Shown here: one piece after another, positions 16,685 through 25,007 of the stretch | How the letters are laid out: each line of letters starts with the position of its first letter | Position numbering within the stretch: the first letter of the stretch is position 1 | Assembly: GCA_044236985.1 (NCBI GenBank) | Contig: JBIIFW010000001.1 | Coordinates: 1-32,858 of the forward strand | DNA from: Bradymonadia bacterium | Lineage (GTDB): Bacteria; Myxococcota_A; Bradymonadia; REDH01 | Length of the DNA stretch: 32,858 nt | Reading direction: 5' to 3' | Program-made: the position numbers and the translations under genes | Notes under the pieces: generated by a model | What the model saw: only the letters and a program-made list of their open reading frames with translations | The model's database searches: none | Told to the model about the DNA's origin: nothing

Positions 16685-18781
16685 TTGCAGTTCCTCTTCG
16701 CCGATGCGCTTTGCGCAGCCGTTCTAAGCGTTGCCGTGGCATCGGCAGACCCGGAGGTCGTGCCGCCGATCGATGGCGTCGCGCAGGCCGAGGCCGAAGG
16801 TTCAGGCGAGCCGCAGCCGGCGCCGCAGCCCCGAACAGGCGCACTCCTGCCCAACACCCGCACCGACGGCGCCCCCTTCGCCTACCACCTTGGTTGGAGC
16901 GGTCAGGAGGCTGCTCGCAGCTCGCTCACCGCATCGCGCACGACCTTCTCGGACCTGGGAAGAGAGCTCGAGCGGATGCCTAGCCTCAGGCTGCGCGAGA
17001 CAGGCCTTCCCGGGTCGAGCAGTTTCATCTCCATCCGCGGCTCGGCGCCCGCGCAGGTCGCGGTGGTGCTCGATGGTCTTCCGCTTACCTCGGGCTTTGC
17101 AGCTGCCTTCGACTGGTCGCTGCTGCCGCCCGACACGGTGCAATCGGCCCGTGTCTACCGCGAAGCCGCACCGCTGGAGGCTGGCACGATGGGCGGCGGT
17201 GGGCTCATCGAGCTCACGGCGGGCGATACCGAGGCCGAGGGCCTCTGGGCGGCCGCGAGTGCCGGCGCCTGGGGCACACAGCGGCTGTCAGGGGGCGTCA
17301 GCCTGCGAACCGCAGATCACTGGGTGGGGCTCTCTGCCTCTCACCGCGCCACCGACGGCGACTACCGCTTCTTCAACAACGGCGGGACCCCCTCAAACGA
17401 GGCCGACGACGGGTATGGGCACCGCACGAACAACCAGCGATCGCAGTGGGCCACCCTCGGCGCCTGGCGCTGGTTCGGCGACCACCAGACCATCGCCCTC
17501 ACCGCGCTTGCGACCGGCCTCGAACAGCAGATCCCCGGCTACGAACAGGCGCCGAACCAGGCGCTTGGCCAGCGACACGACCGGCTCCTCGGCGCGCTCC
17601 GGCACGAGTGGCGCTACGATGCCTTCAGCCTGCAGACGAGCCTCGGTGGAGACGCCGTGACCCTGGAGCTCGACGACCCGCTCGGCGAGCGCGCTGCCTT
17701 TGGAGGAGAGAGCGATGCGCAGGACCGGAGGGTGGTCGCGGTGCTCCAACCCACGCTCAAACTCCCGGCGGCGCTACGGCTCTCCACGCAGGCGGAGTTC
17801 ACCGGAGAGTGGCTTGACGGGGGCAGCGGAGGCGCCACCGAGCGCATCGCGCGCAGGCTCAGCCGTGCCGTGGGCGCCGAGCTCAGTGGCGACCTCTTCG
17901 GCGGCCGTTGGCTGCTCCTCCATCGGTTAACGGACAGTCGAGACAGCGCCGGTGGAGAAGATGACAGTTCATCGCTGGCGTCGAGCGCGGTGATGGTGCG
18001 TCTGCCGCTGGTCCGGCTTCCGAGTTTCACACTCACAGCCCGCTGGAACGCTGCGGCGGCGGAGCGACTCCCGACCTTTCTGGAGCGGTTTGGCGGGACC
18101 GACAATGTGGTGGCGAACCCCGCACTGCGCCCGGAATCGCGTATCGGAAGCGACAGCAGTCTCGAGGTGGAAACCCACCTCGCACACACGGCCATCGATG
18201 CGGTCTGGAGCAGCTTCCTTCGCAGCACCGATGATCTGATCGTGATGCTGCCCAACAGCCAGCAGGCGACGCGGGCCGAGAACATCGGAGAGACGGTCGC
18301 GCTCGGCCACGAGTTGAGCCTGCGGCTGCGCTGGAGCAGCGGCACGGAGGTCGCCTTCGCAGGAGCCTACTCCGACGCGGTCGATGCGACGCAGGACAGC
18401 GTCCGGCGCGGCAAGCAGATCCCCCTGCACCCGTCTTGGACCGGCGCCGGCGAGGTTTCGCAGTTGGTCGAAACACCGGCAGGAGAGGTGACGATCGCGG
18501 TGCCGTGGCGCGCTGCCTCCACCTTCTTTGTGGACGGGGCCAACCTCTCCGCACGGCCGGCCGTCACAGAGTTTGGTGCTCGCGTCGCCTTCGCTCCCAA
18601 GGCGCTGCGCGGGCTGGCGGTGGAGGCGCGGGTGGAGAACATCACAGACCGCCTTTACGGCCAGGTGGAACAGCTCTCCGCCGGCGAGACCAGCGCCGTG
18701 CCGTGGGCCACTTCGGACTTTGTCGGGCACCCGCTTCCCGGCCGCGCGCTCTACCTCACCGTCAGCTACGCGTCGCCATGA
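16685..18781 (+). CDS. btuB: TonB-dependent outer-membrane receptor, probable cobalamin receptor (assigned by riboswitch context)
   Basis: TTG 16685 is the only in-frame start after stop 16628-16630, with AAGGA 7 nt upstream. The signal peptide is 'LFADALCAAVLSVAVASA'. Plug-domain blocks are 'ISIRGSAPAQVAVVLDGLPL'. The long beta-barrel region has alternating patterns. The btuB symbol rests only on the upstream B12 riboswitch. Confidence 0.8.
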   Translation: MQFLFADALCAAVLSVAVASADPEVVPPIDGVAQAEAEGSGEPQPAPQPRTGALLPNTRTDGAPFAYHLGWSGQEAARSSLTASRTTFSDLGRELERMPSLRLRETGLPGSSSFISIRGSAPAQVAVVLDGLPLTSGFAAAFDWSLLPPDTVQSARVYREAAPLEAGTMGGGGLIELTAGDTEAEGLWAAASAGAWGTQRLSGGVSLRTADHWVGLSASHRATDGDYRFFNNGGTPSNEADDGYGHRTNNQRSQWATLGAWRWFGDHQTIALTALATGLEQQIPGYEQAPNQALGQRHDRLLGALRHEWRYDAFSLQTSLGGDAVTLELDDPLGERAAFGGESDAQDRRVVAVLQPTLKLPAALRLSTQAEFTGEWLDGGSGGATERIARRLSRAVGAELSGDLFGGRWLLLHRLTDSRDSAGGEDDSSSLASSAVMVRLPLVRLPSFTLTARWNAAAAERLPTFLERFGGTDNVVANPALRPESRIGSDSSLEVETHLAHTAIDAVWSSFLRSTDDLIVMLPNSQQATRAENIGETVALGHELSLRLRWSSGTEVAFAGAYSDAVDATQDSVRRGKQIPLHPSWTGAGEVSQLVETPAGEVTIAVPWRAASTFFVDGANLSARPAVTEFGARVAFAPKALRGLAVEARVENITDRLYGQVEQLSAGETSAVPWATSDFVGHPLPGRALYLTVSYASP

Positions 18782-19983
18782 GCAGACCCATCGCAGCCCC
18801 ATTCTTGCTCGCCGCGGCGGTGCTCGCAATCGCCTTTTCGGCCGCCTGCCAGGTTGAGCTTGATGCGGCGGACGATGCAGGCTCCGACATCTCTGAAGGC
18901 TCTGGGAGCGGAGATGGGAGAGACCTCTGTGCCCTTGTGATGACGAGCGATTTTTCGCAGACCGCAGCGCTCCACACGGCGCGCTACCGTCGCGGCGAAC
19001 TGAGGCTTTCTGAGCCGCTGACCTCCGTCAGCACAGACGCCGTCCTGCGCGGAAACGACCGCATCGTAGCCGTCCTCAACCGATACCCCGCAGCCTACGT
19101 TCAGCGCATCGATCCCGCGGCGGGCTTCGCCACCGTTTGGGAGCGCGCCCTGCCGACGGGCAGCAATCCGTCGGACATCTGGATTGCCGACGATGGGCGC
19201 GCGGTCATTTCGCTCTACGGTGCAGGCCGGCCCGTCGCCGGCGGAGAGCTGATGGAGGTCAACCTGCTCGCAGCTTCGGAGGCGGACTGGATTGTGCGCC
19301 GCCGCTCGCTCGCCGCATGGTCAGAGGCCGATGGCAACCCGGATGCGTCGCAACTCATCCCCTTCGGCAGCCTGCTGATTGTCGTCCTGCAGCGCCTGGA
19401 CAACTACCCGAGCTGCAGCGAAGGAGGACGGAGCGCACTGCTCGCGCTCGACGCTGCAACACTCGAGCCGGTCGGCCACTTCGGCGGCAATGCCATGCTC
19501 ACCTTGGCGGGCTGCAACGCCTACTCCGCGGCGCTGCATGCAGACGGTCGGCTTATGGTGGCGCTCACAGGTCGCTACCAATGGAGCGGAGACCGGAGCA
19601 ACGATGGAGGAATCGAGGCAATCGACCTCGCGCAGGGAGTGTCGCTGGGCTGGCTGAGCCGCGAGGGAGAGCTGGCTGCCGGCGACATCACCGAGGTGGC
19701 TGCGGCCCGCGATGGCGCCACCCTGTGGGTGACCTCGTCGGCAGATTTTGACGGCTCGGTTTTCCGCGCTGAACGCGACGGCGCCACCTCTGGCCCGCTC
19801 TGGAGTGGCTCCAATCTCTTCGATATCGCCCCACAGGACGATGCGCTCTGGGTTGCCAACCGATCGAGCCTCTCGGCGGCGGTCGTGCTGCTGGATGGAG
19901 CAGGCGCAGAGCTCGGTCGTGCCATTCCTCCCGCACCGCCGATCGCCTTCCTGCCGCTTGAAGCGTCCGGCCTTTGCCCCTAG
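18778..19983 (+). CDS. Lipoprotein, repeat-rich (possible beta-propeller), function unknown
   Basis: ATG 18778 overlaps the receptor stop (ATGA). The lipobox is 'AFSAAC'. An acidic Ser/Gly linker follows, then recurring strand-like blocks: 'NDRIVAVLNRY', 'ADDGRAVISLYG', 'GSLLIVVLQRL', 'HADGRLMVALTG', 'ARDGATLWVTSS' and 'QDDALWVANRS'. Confidence 0.7.
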   Translation: MSRPIAAPFLLAAAVLAIAFSAACQVELDAADDAGSDISEGSGSGDGRDLCALVMTSDFSQTAALHTARYRRGELRLSEPLTSVSTDAVLRGNDRIVAVLNRYPAAYVQRIDPAAGFATVWERALPTGSNPSDIWIADDGRAVISLYGAGRPVAGGELMEVNLLAASEADWIVRRRSLAAWSEADGNPDASQLIPFGSLLIVVLQRLDNYPSCSEGGRSALLALDAATLEPVGHFGGNAMLTLAGCNAYSAALHADGRLMVALTGRYQWSGDRSNDGGIEAIDLAQGVSLGWLSREGELAAGDITEVAAARDGATLWVTSSADFDGSVFRAERDGATSGPLWSGSNLFDIAPQDDALWVANRSSLSAAVVLLDGAGAELGRAIPPAPPIAFLPLEASGLCP

Positions 19984-20015
19984 TCGGGCTCTGTCTCCCC
20001 GATGGCACACGCACG

Positions 20016-21401
20016 ATGCGCACGCTCCTCCTGATCGCCTTGCTCATGCCACTCTGTGGGGCCTGCTCCGGTAGCATGAGCAGCACCAACGCGGAGGGCT
20101 CTGCCGCGGGCAGCGGCTCCGGTTCGGGAGAGGGCTCCGGCCCCGACGAGGTCGCCGACGCAGCGCTGCCCGACACAGCGCCCGCTGCCGACACCGGCGA
20201 GCCCCTTGGCTCGGCCGATACCGACACAGACGCCGACACCGATGCAGAGGGCTCGGCGGAACCCGATACCGCACCCCCGTCCTGCGGGCTCGGCCGACGC
20301 CCGGTGACCTTCGGCGCCGACATCGTCGTCGGCATGATCGATGCTCCGCTGCCGCTACCACGGTGCGCCGCTGCCGCCTTCACGGGTCTGCTCTCGAGCG
20401 GCACCACCTGGCGGCTCGAGGTCGCAGACCTGCCCTCGGACGCGCGGCTCTTTGCCTACGGCCCGGCCTTCTTCGCGACGGCTGCAGCCGGCGATGCGCC
20501 GCCCCCGCTGGCCTCCACAGACTTCGCAGGGACGGGCTCCTCCTTGGAGCTCCTGGTGCGACCCGCCTTCTCCGGCGAGGTGGTCGTGGTGGTGGAGCGC
20601 GACGACCTCTACGCCGAGCAGACGGCACGGGTCACCGTCACCTGCGTGGAGGGCTGCGACCTCGCCGCAACAAGGTTCCCCGTGATGCTGGTGCACGGCT
20701 ACTTTGGGACCGACACCTACTTCAGCCTGCTCGACTACTTCCACGACGTGCCGGACCCGTTGCGTGCGGCAGGGTTCGAGGTCCGCACGCCGACAACCGA
20801 CGCCTTCAACTGGTCGGAGATTCGCGGCGAGCAGCTGGCAGAACAGCTCGACGCTCTCCTGGTTGAGACTGGTGCGCGCAAGGTCAACATGATCGCGCAC
20901 AGCCAGGGTGGCATGGACGCTCGTGTGGTGATTTCGGGCTTGGGGTATGCCGAGCGGGTCGCCTCGCTGACGACGATCGCGACGCCTCACCGCGGCACGC
21001 CGCTCGCCGTCGCAGACATTGCATCGGTGCAGGACTTCGGCCCGGACTACCTCGAGGGCACCTTCAATCCCGCCTACCCCGACAGCGCGGAGGTGAAGTA
21101 CTTCTCCTGGTCGGCACGCACCTGTGGCCTCCTCGAGTTCGGCTGTCAGCGAGAGCGAGATGGAGAGATTGCGGATGCGATTCTCGCCCTCTTCCAGACC
21201 TCGCTCACGCTCCGCGTAGGCGACAACGACGGCTTCGTCCCGACCGCATCGATGGTGTGGGGCGAGTTGCTCGGCACCCTCTCTGCCGACCACCTGGACG
21301 AGGTTGGACAGATTGCCGATGGCTCGCCGCGGAACGACCCCTTCGACCACCGGGCCTTCTACCTGAGCGAGCTGCGCCGGCTCTCTGTCGCAGGTTACTG
21401 A
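20016..21401 (+). CDS. Lipoprotein with C-terminal family-I-type lipase (alpha/beta hydrolase) domain
   Basis: I place the start at ATG 20016. The lipobox is 'LMPLCGAC', followed by an acidic low-complexity linker (GSGSGSGEGSGPDE, DTDTDADTDAEGS). 'FPVMLVHGYFG', the nucleophile elbow 'IAHSQGG', 'NDGFV' and 'ADHLDEVGQ' reproduce the Ser/Asp/His blocks of Pseudomonas/Burkholderia-type lipases. Confidence 0.8.
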   Translation: MRTLLLIALLMPLCGACSGSMSSTNAEGSAAGSGSGSGEGSGPDEVADAALPDTAPAADTGEPLGSADTDTDADTDAEGSAEPDTAPPSCGLGRRPVTFGADIVVGMIDAPLPLPRCAAAAFTGLLSSGTTWRLEVADLPSDARLFAYGPAFFATAAAGDAPPPLASTDFAGTGSSLELLVRPAFSGEVVVVVERDDLYAEQTARVTVTCVEGCDLAATRFPVMLVHGYFGTDTYFSLLDYFHDVPDPLRAAGFEVRTPTTDAFNWSEIRGEQLAEQLDALLVETGARKVNMIAHSQGGMDARVVISGLGYAERVASLTTIATPHRGTPLAVADIASVQDFGPDYLEGTFNPAYPDSAEVKYFSWSARTCGLLEFGCQRERDGEIADAILALFQTSLTLRVGDNDGFVPTASMVWGELLGTLSADHLDEVGQIADGSPRNDPFDHRAFYLSELRRLSVAGY

Positions 21402-21403
21402 GT

Positions 21404-21423
21404 CGCCTCGCGCACGTGAGGCG
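21404..21423 (+). terminator. GC-rich hairpin just after the lipase stop (possible terminator, no U-tract)
   Basis: CGCCTC (21404-21409) pairs with GAGGCG (21418-21423), and the helix can extend inward. It begins 3 nt after TGA 21399-21401. No T-run follows, so intrinsic termination is uncertain. Confidence 0.3.
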
Positions 21424-21590
21424 CAGGGGTGCGCAGAGGTGTCTGCACGCAGGCGCACACGCTCATGCGAGCGTGCATTATGCAGGCTCGCGTGCCCCCG
21501 CGTGAGGCCTCAACTCCGCTTGCAAACGGGGTTTTCTTGACTACCTATCCGCAACCCTAGCACCCTGCCCGCCCTTCTTCGGAGTGTCTG

Positions 21591-24317
21591 ATGTCCGTAG
21601 CCAAGACTGCCCTTGTGATTGTGGAGTCCCCAGCGAAAGCGCGCATCATCGGGACGATTCTCGGAAGCGGCTACCGCGTCGAAGCATCCCAGGGCCACAT
21701 CCGCGACATCCCCGAGCCGAAGGAGATGCCGGAGAAGTACAAGAAGACGGGTTACGCGAAGACCGGCGTCGACATCGAGACGATGGACGCGCTCTACCTC
21801 GTGCCTGCCGAAAAGAAGAAGAAGATGGCAGAGCTCAAGGCCGCGCTCAAAGATGCCTCGGAACTCTACATCGCGACAGACGAAGACCGCGAGGGAGAGG
21901 CCATCGGTTGGCACCTGTTCGACGAGCTCGAGCCCAAGGTTCCGGTCAAGCGAATGGTCTTCCACGAGATCACGAAGGAGGCCATCCGGAGCGCCCTCAC
22001 CAACACGCGCCAGCTCGACATGAAGCGGGTCAACGCGCAGGAGACGCGGCGCATCCTCGACCGGCTCGCCGGCTTCGAAGTCTCGCCGATCCTGTGGCGT
22101 AAGATTGGCAAGACCGCCAAGTCTGCCGGCCGCGTGCAGAGCGTTGCCGTTCGCCTCCTCGTCATGCGAGAGCGTGAGCGGCTCGACTTCAAGATGGCCT
22201 CCTACTGGGACCTCAAGGCGAAGCTCGAGCACGACAAGATCGGCTTCGATGCTGACATCCACTCCGTCGATGGCAAGCGGGTCGCGTCGGGCAAGGACTT
22301 CGACGAGAAGACGGGCCTGCTCTCGGCCAAGACCGCCCTGCTCCTCGATGGCACGGCGGCAAAGGCGCTCGCTGCGGCACTCAAGGGCGCACCCGTCGCC
22401 GTGAAGAGCGTCGAGCGGCGCGAGGCGAAGAACTCGCCCTACGCCCCCTTCACCACCAGCACGATGCAGCAGGAGGCCAACCGCAAGCTTGGCATGTCTG
22501 CGGCGAGCTCGATGTCGACCGCGCAGAAACTCTACGAGAACGGTCACATCACCTACATGCGTACCGACTCGACCAACCTCTCCGAGCAGGCGGTCGGTGC
22601 GATCCGTGCCACCATCGTGGACCGTTACGGCGACAAGTATCTCTCGCCCAAGCCCAAGCAGTTCGACACCAAGGCCAAGGGGGCCCAAGAGGCGCACGAG
22701 GCCATCAGGCCCGCTGGCACCCGGATGGCGACAGCCGAAGAGCTCCGGCTCACGGGCGACGAGGCACGCCTCTACGACCTCATCTGGAAGCGCGCTGTCG
22801 CCACGCAGATGGCCGATGCGATCATCGCCTTCACCAATGTGGAGCTCGCCATCCGGGCCTCCGACGGCCGCGAGGCCATCTTCAAGACCTCGGGCCGCGT
22901 CGTCCTCTTCCCCGGCTTCCTCCGCGCCTACGTGGAGGGGACCGACGACCCTGACGCAGCACTCGATGACCAGGACAAGCTCCTGCCTGAGATGAAGCAG
23001 GGCGACGCCCCGCTCAACCGCGAGATTCTGCCGCTCGGCCACGAGACGCGGCCTCCTGCACGCTTCACCGAGGCGACGCTGGTCAAGGCGCTCGAGAAGG
23101 ATGGCATCGGCCGTCCCTCGACCTATGCATCGATCATCAAGACCATCCTCGACCGCGGCTACAGCTTCATCAAGGCAAAGCAGCTCGTCCCCACCTTCAC
23201 CGCCTTCGCCGTCACAGCGCTGCTCGAGCGGACGATGAGCAAGATGGTCGACCTTGATTTCACTGCAAAGATGGAGGCCGAGCTCGACGACATCGGCGAC
23301 CGCGACGAGAAGACCGCCTACCTCAAGCGCTTCTACAACGAGCAGATCCTGGTCGGCATCGGCGAGGCCAGCAGTGTGGACCCCAAGGCAATCTGCACCA
23401 TCGAGCACGCCAAGTTCGGCCACTTCGCCATCCGCGTGGGCAAGTTTGGCCTCTACACCGAGGCGCCCGCAATTGATGACGAGACGCCCGTACGGGCCAG
23501 CCTGCCTCCCGATACTGCGCCGAGCGAGGTGACGGAGGAGTGGCTCAAGCAGCTCATCGACCGCAGCGCCGCCAGCACCTCCGCGCTGGGCATGCACCCC
23601 GACAGCGGGCTCCCGATCTACCTGCTCAACGGCCGCTTCGGCGCCTACGTGCAGCTCGGCGAGACAAGCGACGAGAAGGGCGCCGATAAGCCCAAGCGGG
23701 CCAGCCTGCCCAAGGGCAAGGTGCCCGAGAGCCTGACCTTCGAAGAGGCCGTCGAGCTGCTCCGGCTGCCGCGCGAGGTGGGAACCCACCCCGACACCGG
23801 CAAGCCGATCACCGCAGCCATTGGCCGCTTCGGCCCCTACGTGGAGCACGAGCGGGTCTTCGCCTCGCTCACCGACTCCGACGATGTGTTCACGGTTGGC
23901 CTCGCGCGTGCGCTCGAGCTCTTCGTTGCCAAGAGCGCCAAGGGCGGACGTGCCTCTGCCGCGCCCATCCGGGTGGTGGGCAACCACCCCACCGACAACA
24001 CAGAAATCGGCATCTTCGAGGGCAAGTATGGCCGTTATGTGAAGCATGGCGACATCAACGCCACGCTCCCCAAGGGTGGCAACTCCGACGACCTCACGCT
24101 GGACGAGGCGCTGGCACTGCTCGCAGAGAAGGCGTCACGCCCGCCCTCCGCGAAGCCAGGTCGCCGCGGAGCCACAGCGGCGAGGGCCACTGCCAAGCCG
24201 GCCGCAAAGGTTGCTGCCGCTAAGCCGGCCGCCAAGAAGGCACCCGCCAAGAAGGCCATTGCCGCAAAGGCACCCGCCAAGACCGCTGCAGCCAAGGCTC
24301 CCAAGGGCAAGGGCTGA
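21591..24317 (+). CDS. topA: DNA topoisomerase I
   Basis: 'ALVIVESPAKARIIG' and 'IATDEDREGEAIGWH' form the Toprim domain, and 'ITYMRTDS' carries the active-site Tyr. GGAG sits 6 nt upstream of ATG 21591. The C-terminus has 'GRFG(A/P)YV'-type repeats and a Lys/Ala/Pro tail. Confidence 0.97.
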   Translation: MSVAKTALVIVESPAKARIIGTILGSGYRVEASQGHIRDIPEPKEMPEKYKKTGYAKTGVDIETMDALYLVPAEKKKKMAELKAALKDASELYIATDEDREGEAIGWHLFDELEPKVPVKRMVFHEITKEAIRSALTNTRQLDMKRVNAQETRRILDRLAGFEVSPILWRKIGKTAKSAGRVQSVAVRLLVMRERERLDFKMASYWDLKAKLEHDKIGFDADIHSVDGKRVASGKDFDEKTGLLSAKTALLLDGTAAKALAAALKGAPVAVKSVERREAKNSPYAPFTTSTMQQEANRKLGMSAASSMSTAQKLYENGHITYMRTDSTNLSEQAVGAIRATIVDRYGDKYLSPKPKQFDTKAKGAQEAHEAIRPAGTRMATAEELRLTGDEARLYDLIWKRAVATQMADAIIAFTNVELAIRASDGREAIFKTSGRVVLFPGFLRAYVEGTDDPDAALDDQDKLLPEMKQGDAPLNREILPLGHETRPPARFTEATLVKALEKDGIGRPSTYASIIKTILDRGYSFIKAKQLVPTFTAFAVTALLERTMSKMVDLDFTAKMEAELDDIGDRDEKTAYLKRFYNEQILVGIGEASSVDPKAICTIEHAKFGHFAIRVGKFGLYTEAPAIDDETPVRASLPPDTAPSEVTEEWLKQLIDRSAASTSALGMHPDSGLPIYLLNGRFGAYVQLGETSDEKGADKPKRASLPKGKVPESLTFEEAVELLRLPREVGTHPDTGKPITAAIGRFGPYVEHERVFASLTDSDDVFTVGLARALELFVAKSAKGGRASAAPIRVVGNHPTDNTEIGIFEGKYGRYVKHGDINATLPKGGNSDDLTLDEALALLAEKASRPPSAKPGRRGATAARATAKPAAKVAAAKPAAKKAPAKKAIAAKAPAKTAAAKAPKGKG

Positions 24318-24330
24318 GTCGCACAACCCT

Positions 24331-24360
24331 GCGCAGAGCGAGCGCTCAAGGGCCTCTGCG
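24331..24360 (+). terminator. Hairpin after the topA stop (possible terminator)
   Basis: CGCAGAG (24331-24337) pairs with CTCTGCG (24354-24360), and a palindromic GAGCGCTC lies inside the loop. The hairpin abuts the putative infA -35 element. There is no clear U-tract. Confidence 0.3.
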
Positions 24361-24389
24361 TTGACTTCCGCAACCGCATCAAGCATAAG
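24361..24389 (+). promoter_or_regulatory. Putative sigma70-type promoter of infA
   Basis: TTGACT (24361-24366), a 17-nt spacer, then CATAAG (24384-24389). It lies about 45 nt upstream of the infA start. Confidence 0.35.
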
Positions 24390-24434
24390 CGGCCACCGCT
24401 CGGGCAGTGAGCCCCTGCAAACACAAGAGTGAAA

Positions 24435-24653
24435 ATGCCGAAAGAAGAGTCCATTGAGGTTAGCGGCATCGTCAAAGAGCCGCTCAAGAACGCCATGTTC
24501 CTCGTCGAGCTCGAAAACGGTCACGAGGTCCTTGCGCATGTCTCCGGCAAGATGCGGCGCCACTTCATCCGGATTCTTCCGGGCGATACCGTGAAGATGG
24601 AGCTCAGCCCCTACGACCTCACCCGCGGTCGTATCGTCTTCCGCGAAGCCTGA
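24435..24653 (+). CDS. infA: Translation initiation factor IF-1
   Basis: '[70 protein letters not shown]' is a full-length, 72-aa IF-1 S1-fold sequence. GTG 24429 is an alternative start. Confidence 0.95.
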   Translation: MPKEESIEVSGIVKEPLKNAMFLVELENGHEVLAHVSGKMRRHFIRILPGDTVKMELSPYDLTRGRIVFREA

Positions 24654-24702
24654 GCAAACCTGCACGGCGGTCGCCGGCCATCGCGCCCAGCTCTCCGCCA
24701 TC

Positions 24703-24731
24703 TTGAAATTGATTTTCATTATTGCTATTGA
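24703..24731 (+). promoter_or_regulatory. Putative feo promoter with embedded Fur box (24705-24723)
   Basis: This is the only AT-rich patch in the region. TTGAAA (24703-24708), a 17-nt spacer, then TATTGA. 'GAAATTGATTTTCATTATT' matches the 19-bp Fur consensus GATAATGATAATCATTATC at about 14/19 positions, with 11/14 in the TGATAATCATTATC core. It lies directly upstream of feoAB. Confidence 0.55.
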
Positions 24732-24763
24732 CCTCCTCGTAACCGAAACTCGGTTCGGAGGTC
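24730..24763 (+). promoter_or_regulatory. 5'-leader hairpin sequestering the feoA Shine-Dalgarno
   Basis: GACCTCC (24730-24736) pairs with GGAGGTC (24757-24763), and AACCGA (24741-24746) pairs with TCGGTT (24750-24755). The 3' arm contains GGAGG, 5 nt before ATG 24767. Confidence 0.45.
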
Positions 24764-24766
24764 ATC

Positions 24767-24982
24767 ATGCATCCCACGCTCGCTCAGCTCCCCGCAGGCC
24801 GCATCGCTCGCGTCACCGACCTCCGTGGCTGCGCTGAATCTTGCCAGAGACTGATGGAGATGGGCTTCACGCGAGGCACCCTCGTCGAGGTGCTCCTCCG
24901 CGGTACGCCCTCGCTCATCCGTCTCCGCCATGGCCGCGTGACCCTCTCATCCGAACTCGCCCACGCCGTGCTCGTCGGCTGA
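24767..24982 (+). CDS. feoA: Ferrous iron transport protein A
   Basis: The 71-aa product reads 'LAQLPAGRIARVTDLRG...CQRLMEMGFTRGTLVEVLLRGTPSLIRLRHGRVTLSSELAHAVLV', a typical FeoA SH3-like pattern. It lies directly upstream of feoB. Confidence 0.85.
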   Translation: MHPTLAQLPAGRIARVTDLRGCAESCQRLMEMGFTRGTLVEVLLRGTPSLIRLRHGRVTLSSELAHAVLVG

Positions 24983-25007
24983 GACCGATGCGCGCTGAGG
25001 AGGGCCG

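Noticed and set aside
16385-16727. Small ORFs (62 aa each) overlapping the riboswitch region
   Set aside because: They coincide with a well-formed cobalamin riboswitch and have no SD or coding bias. The region is better explained as a structured 5' leader.
21537-21556. Shared motif 'TTGACT...CCGCAACC' upstream of both topA (21537-21556) and infA (24361-24375), considered as a common regulator site
   Set aside because: The distance between TTGACT and CCGCAACC differs (6 nt versus 1 nt), and the 8-mer is GC-rich and short. Chance, together with a generic -35 element, is the simpler explanation. A genome-wide motif search could revisit this.
21510-24047. 845-aa ORF on the minus strand, the longest antisense ORF in the window
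   Set aside because: It lies exactly antisense to topA, whose identity is unambiguous. Its composition (Leu/Arg/Gly/Val/Asp-rich, no motifs) is typical of stop-free shadow frames in GC-rich DNA.
24144-24317. The Lys/Ala/Pro-rich segment as a separate histone-like (H1/HU-type) gene
   Set aside because: It is continuous and in frame with topA, with no intervening stop or start and no RBS. It is a C-terminal tail, not a separate gene.
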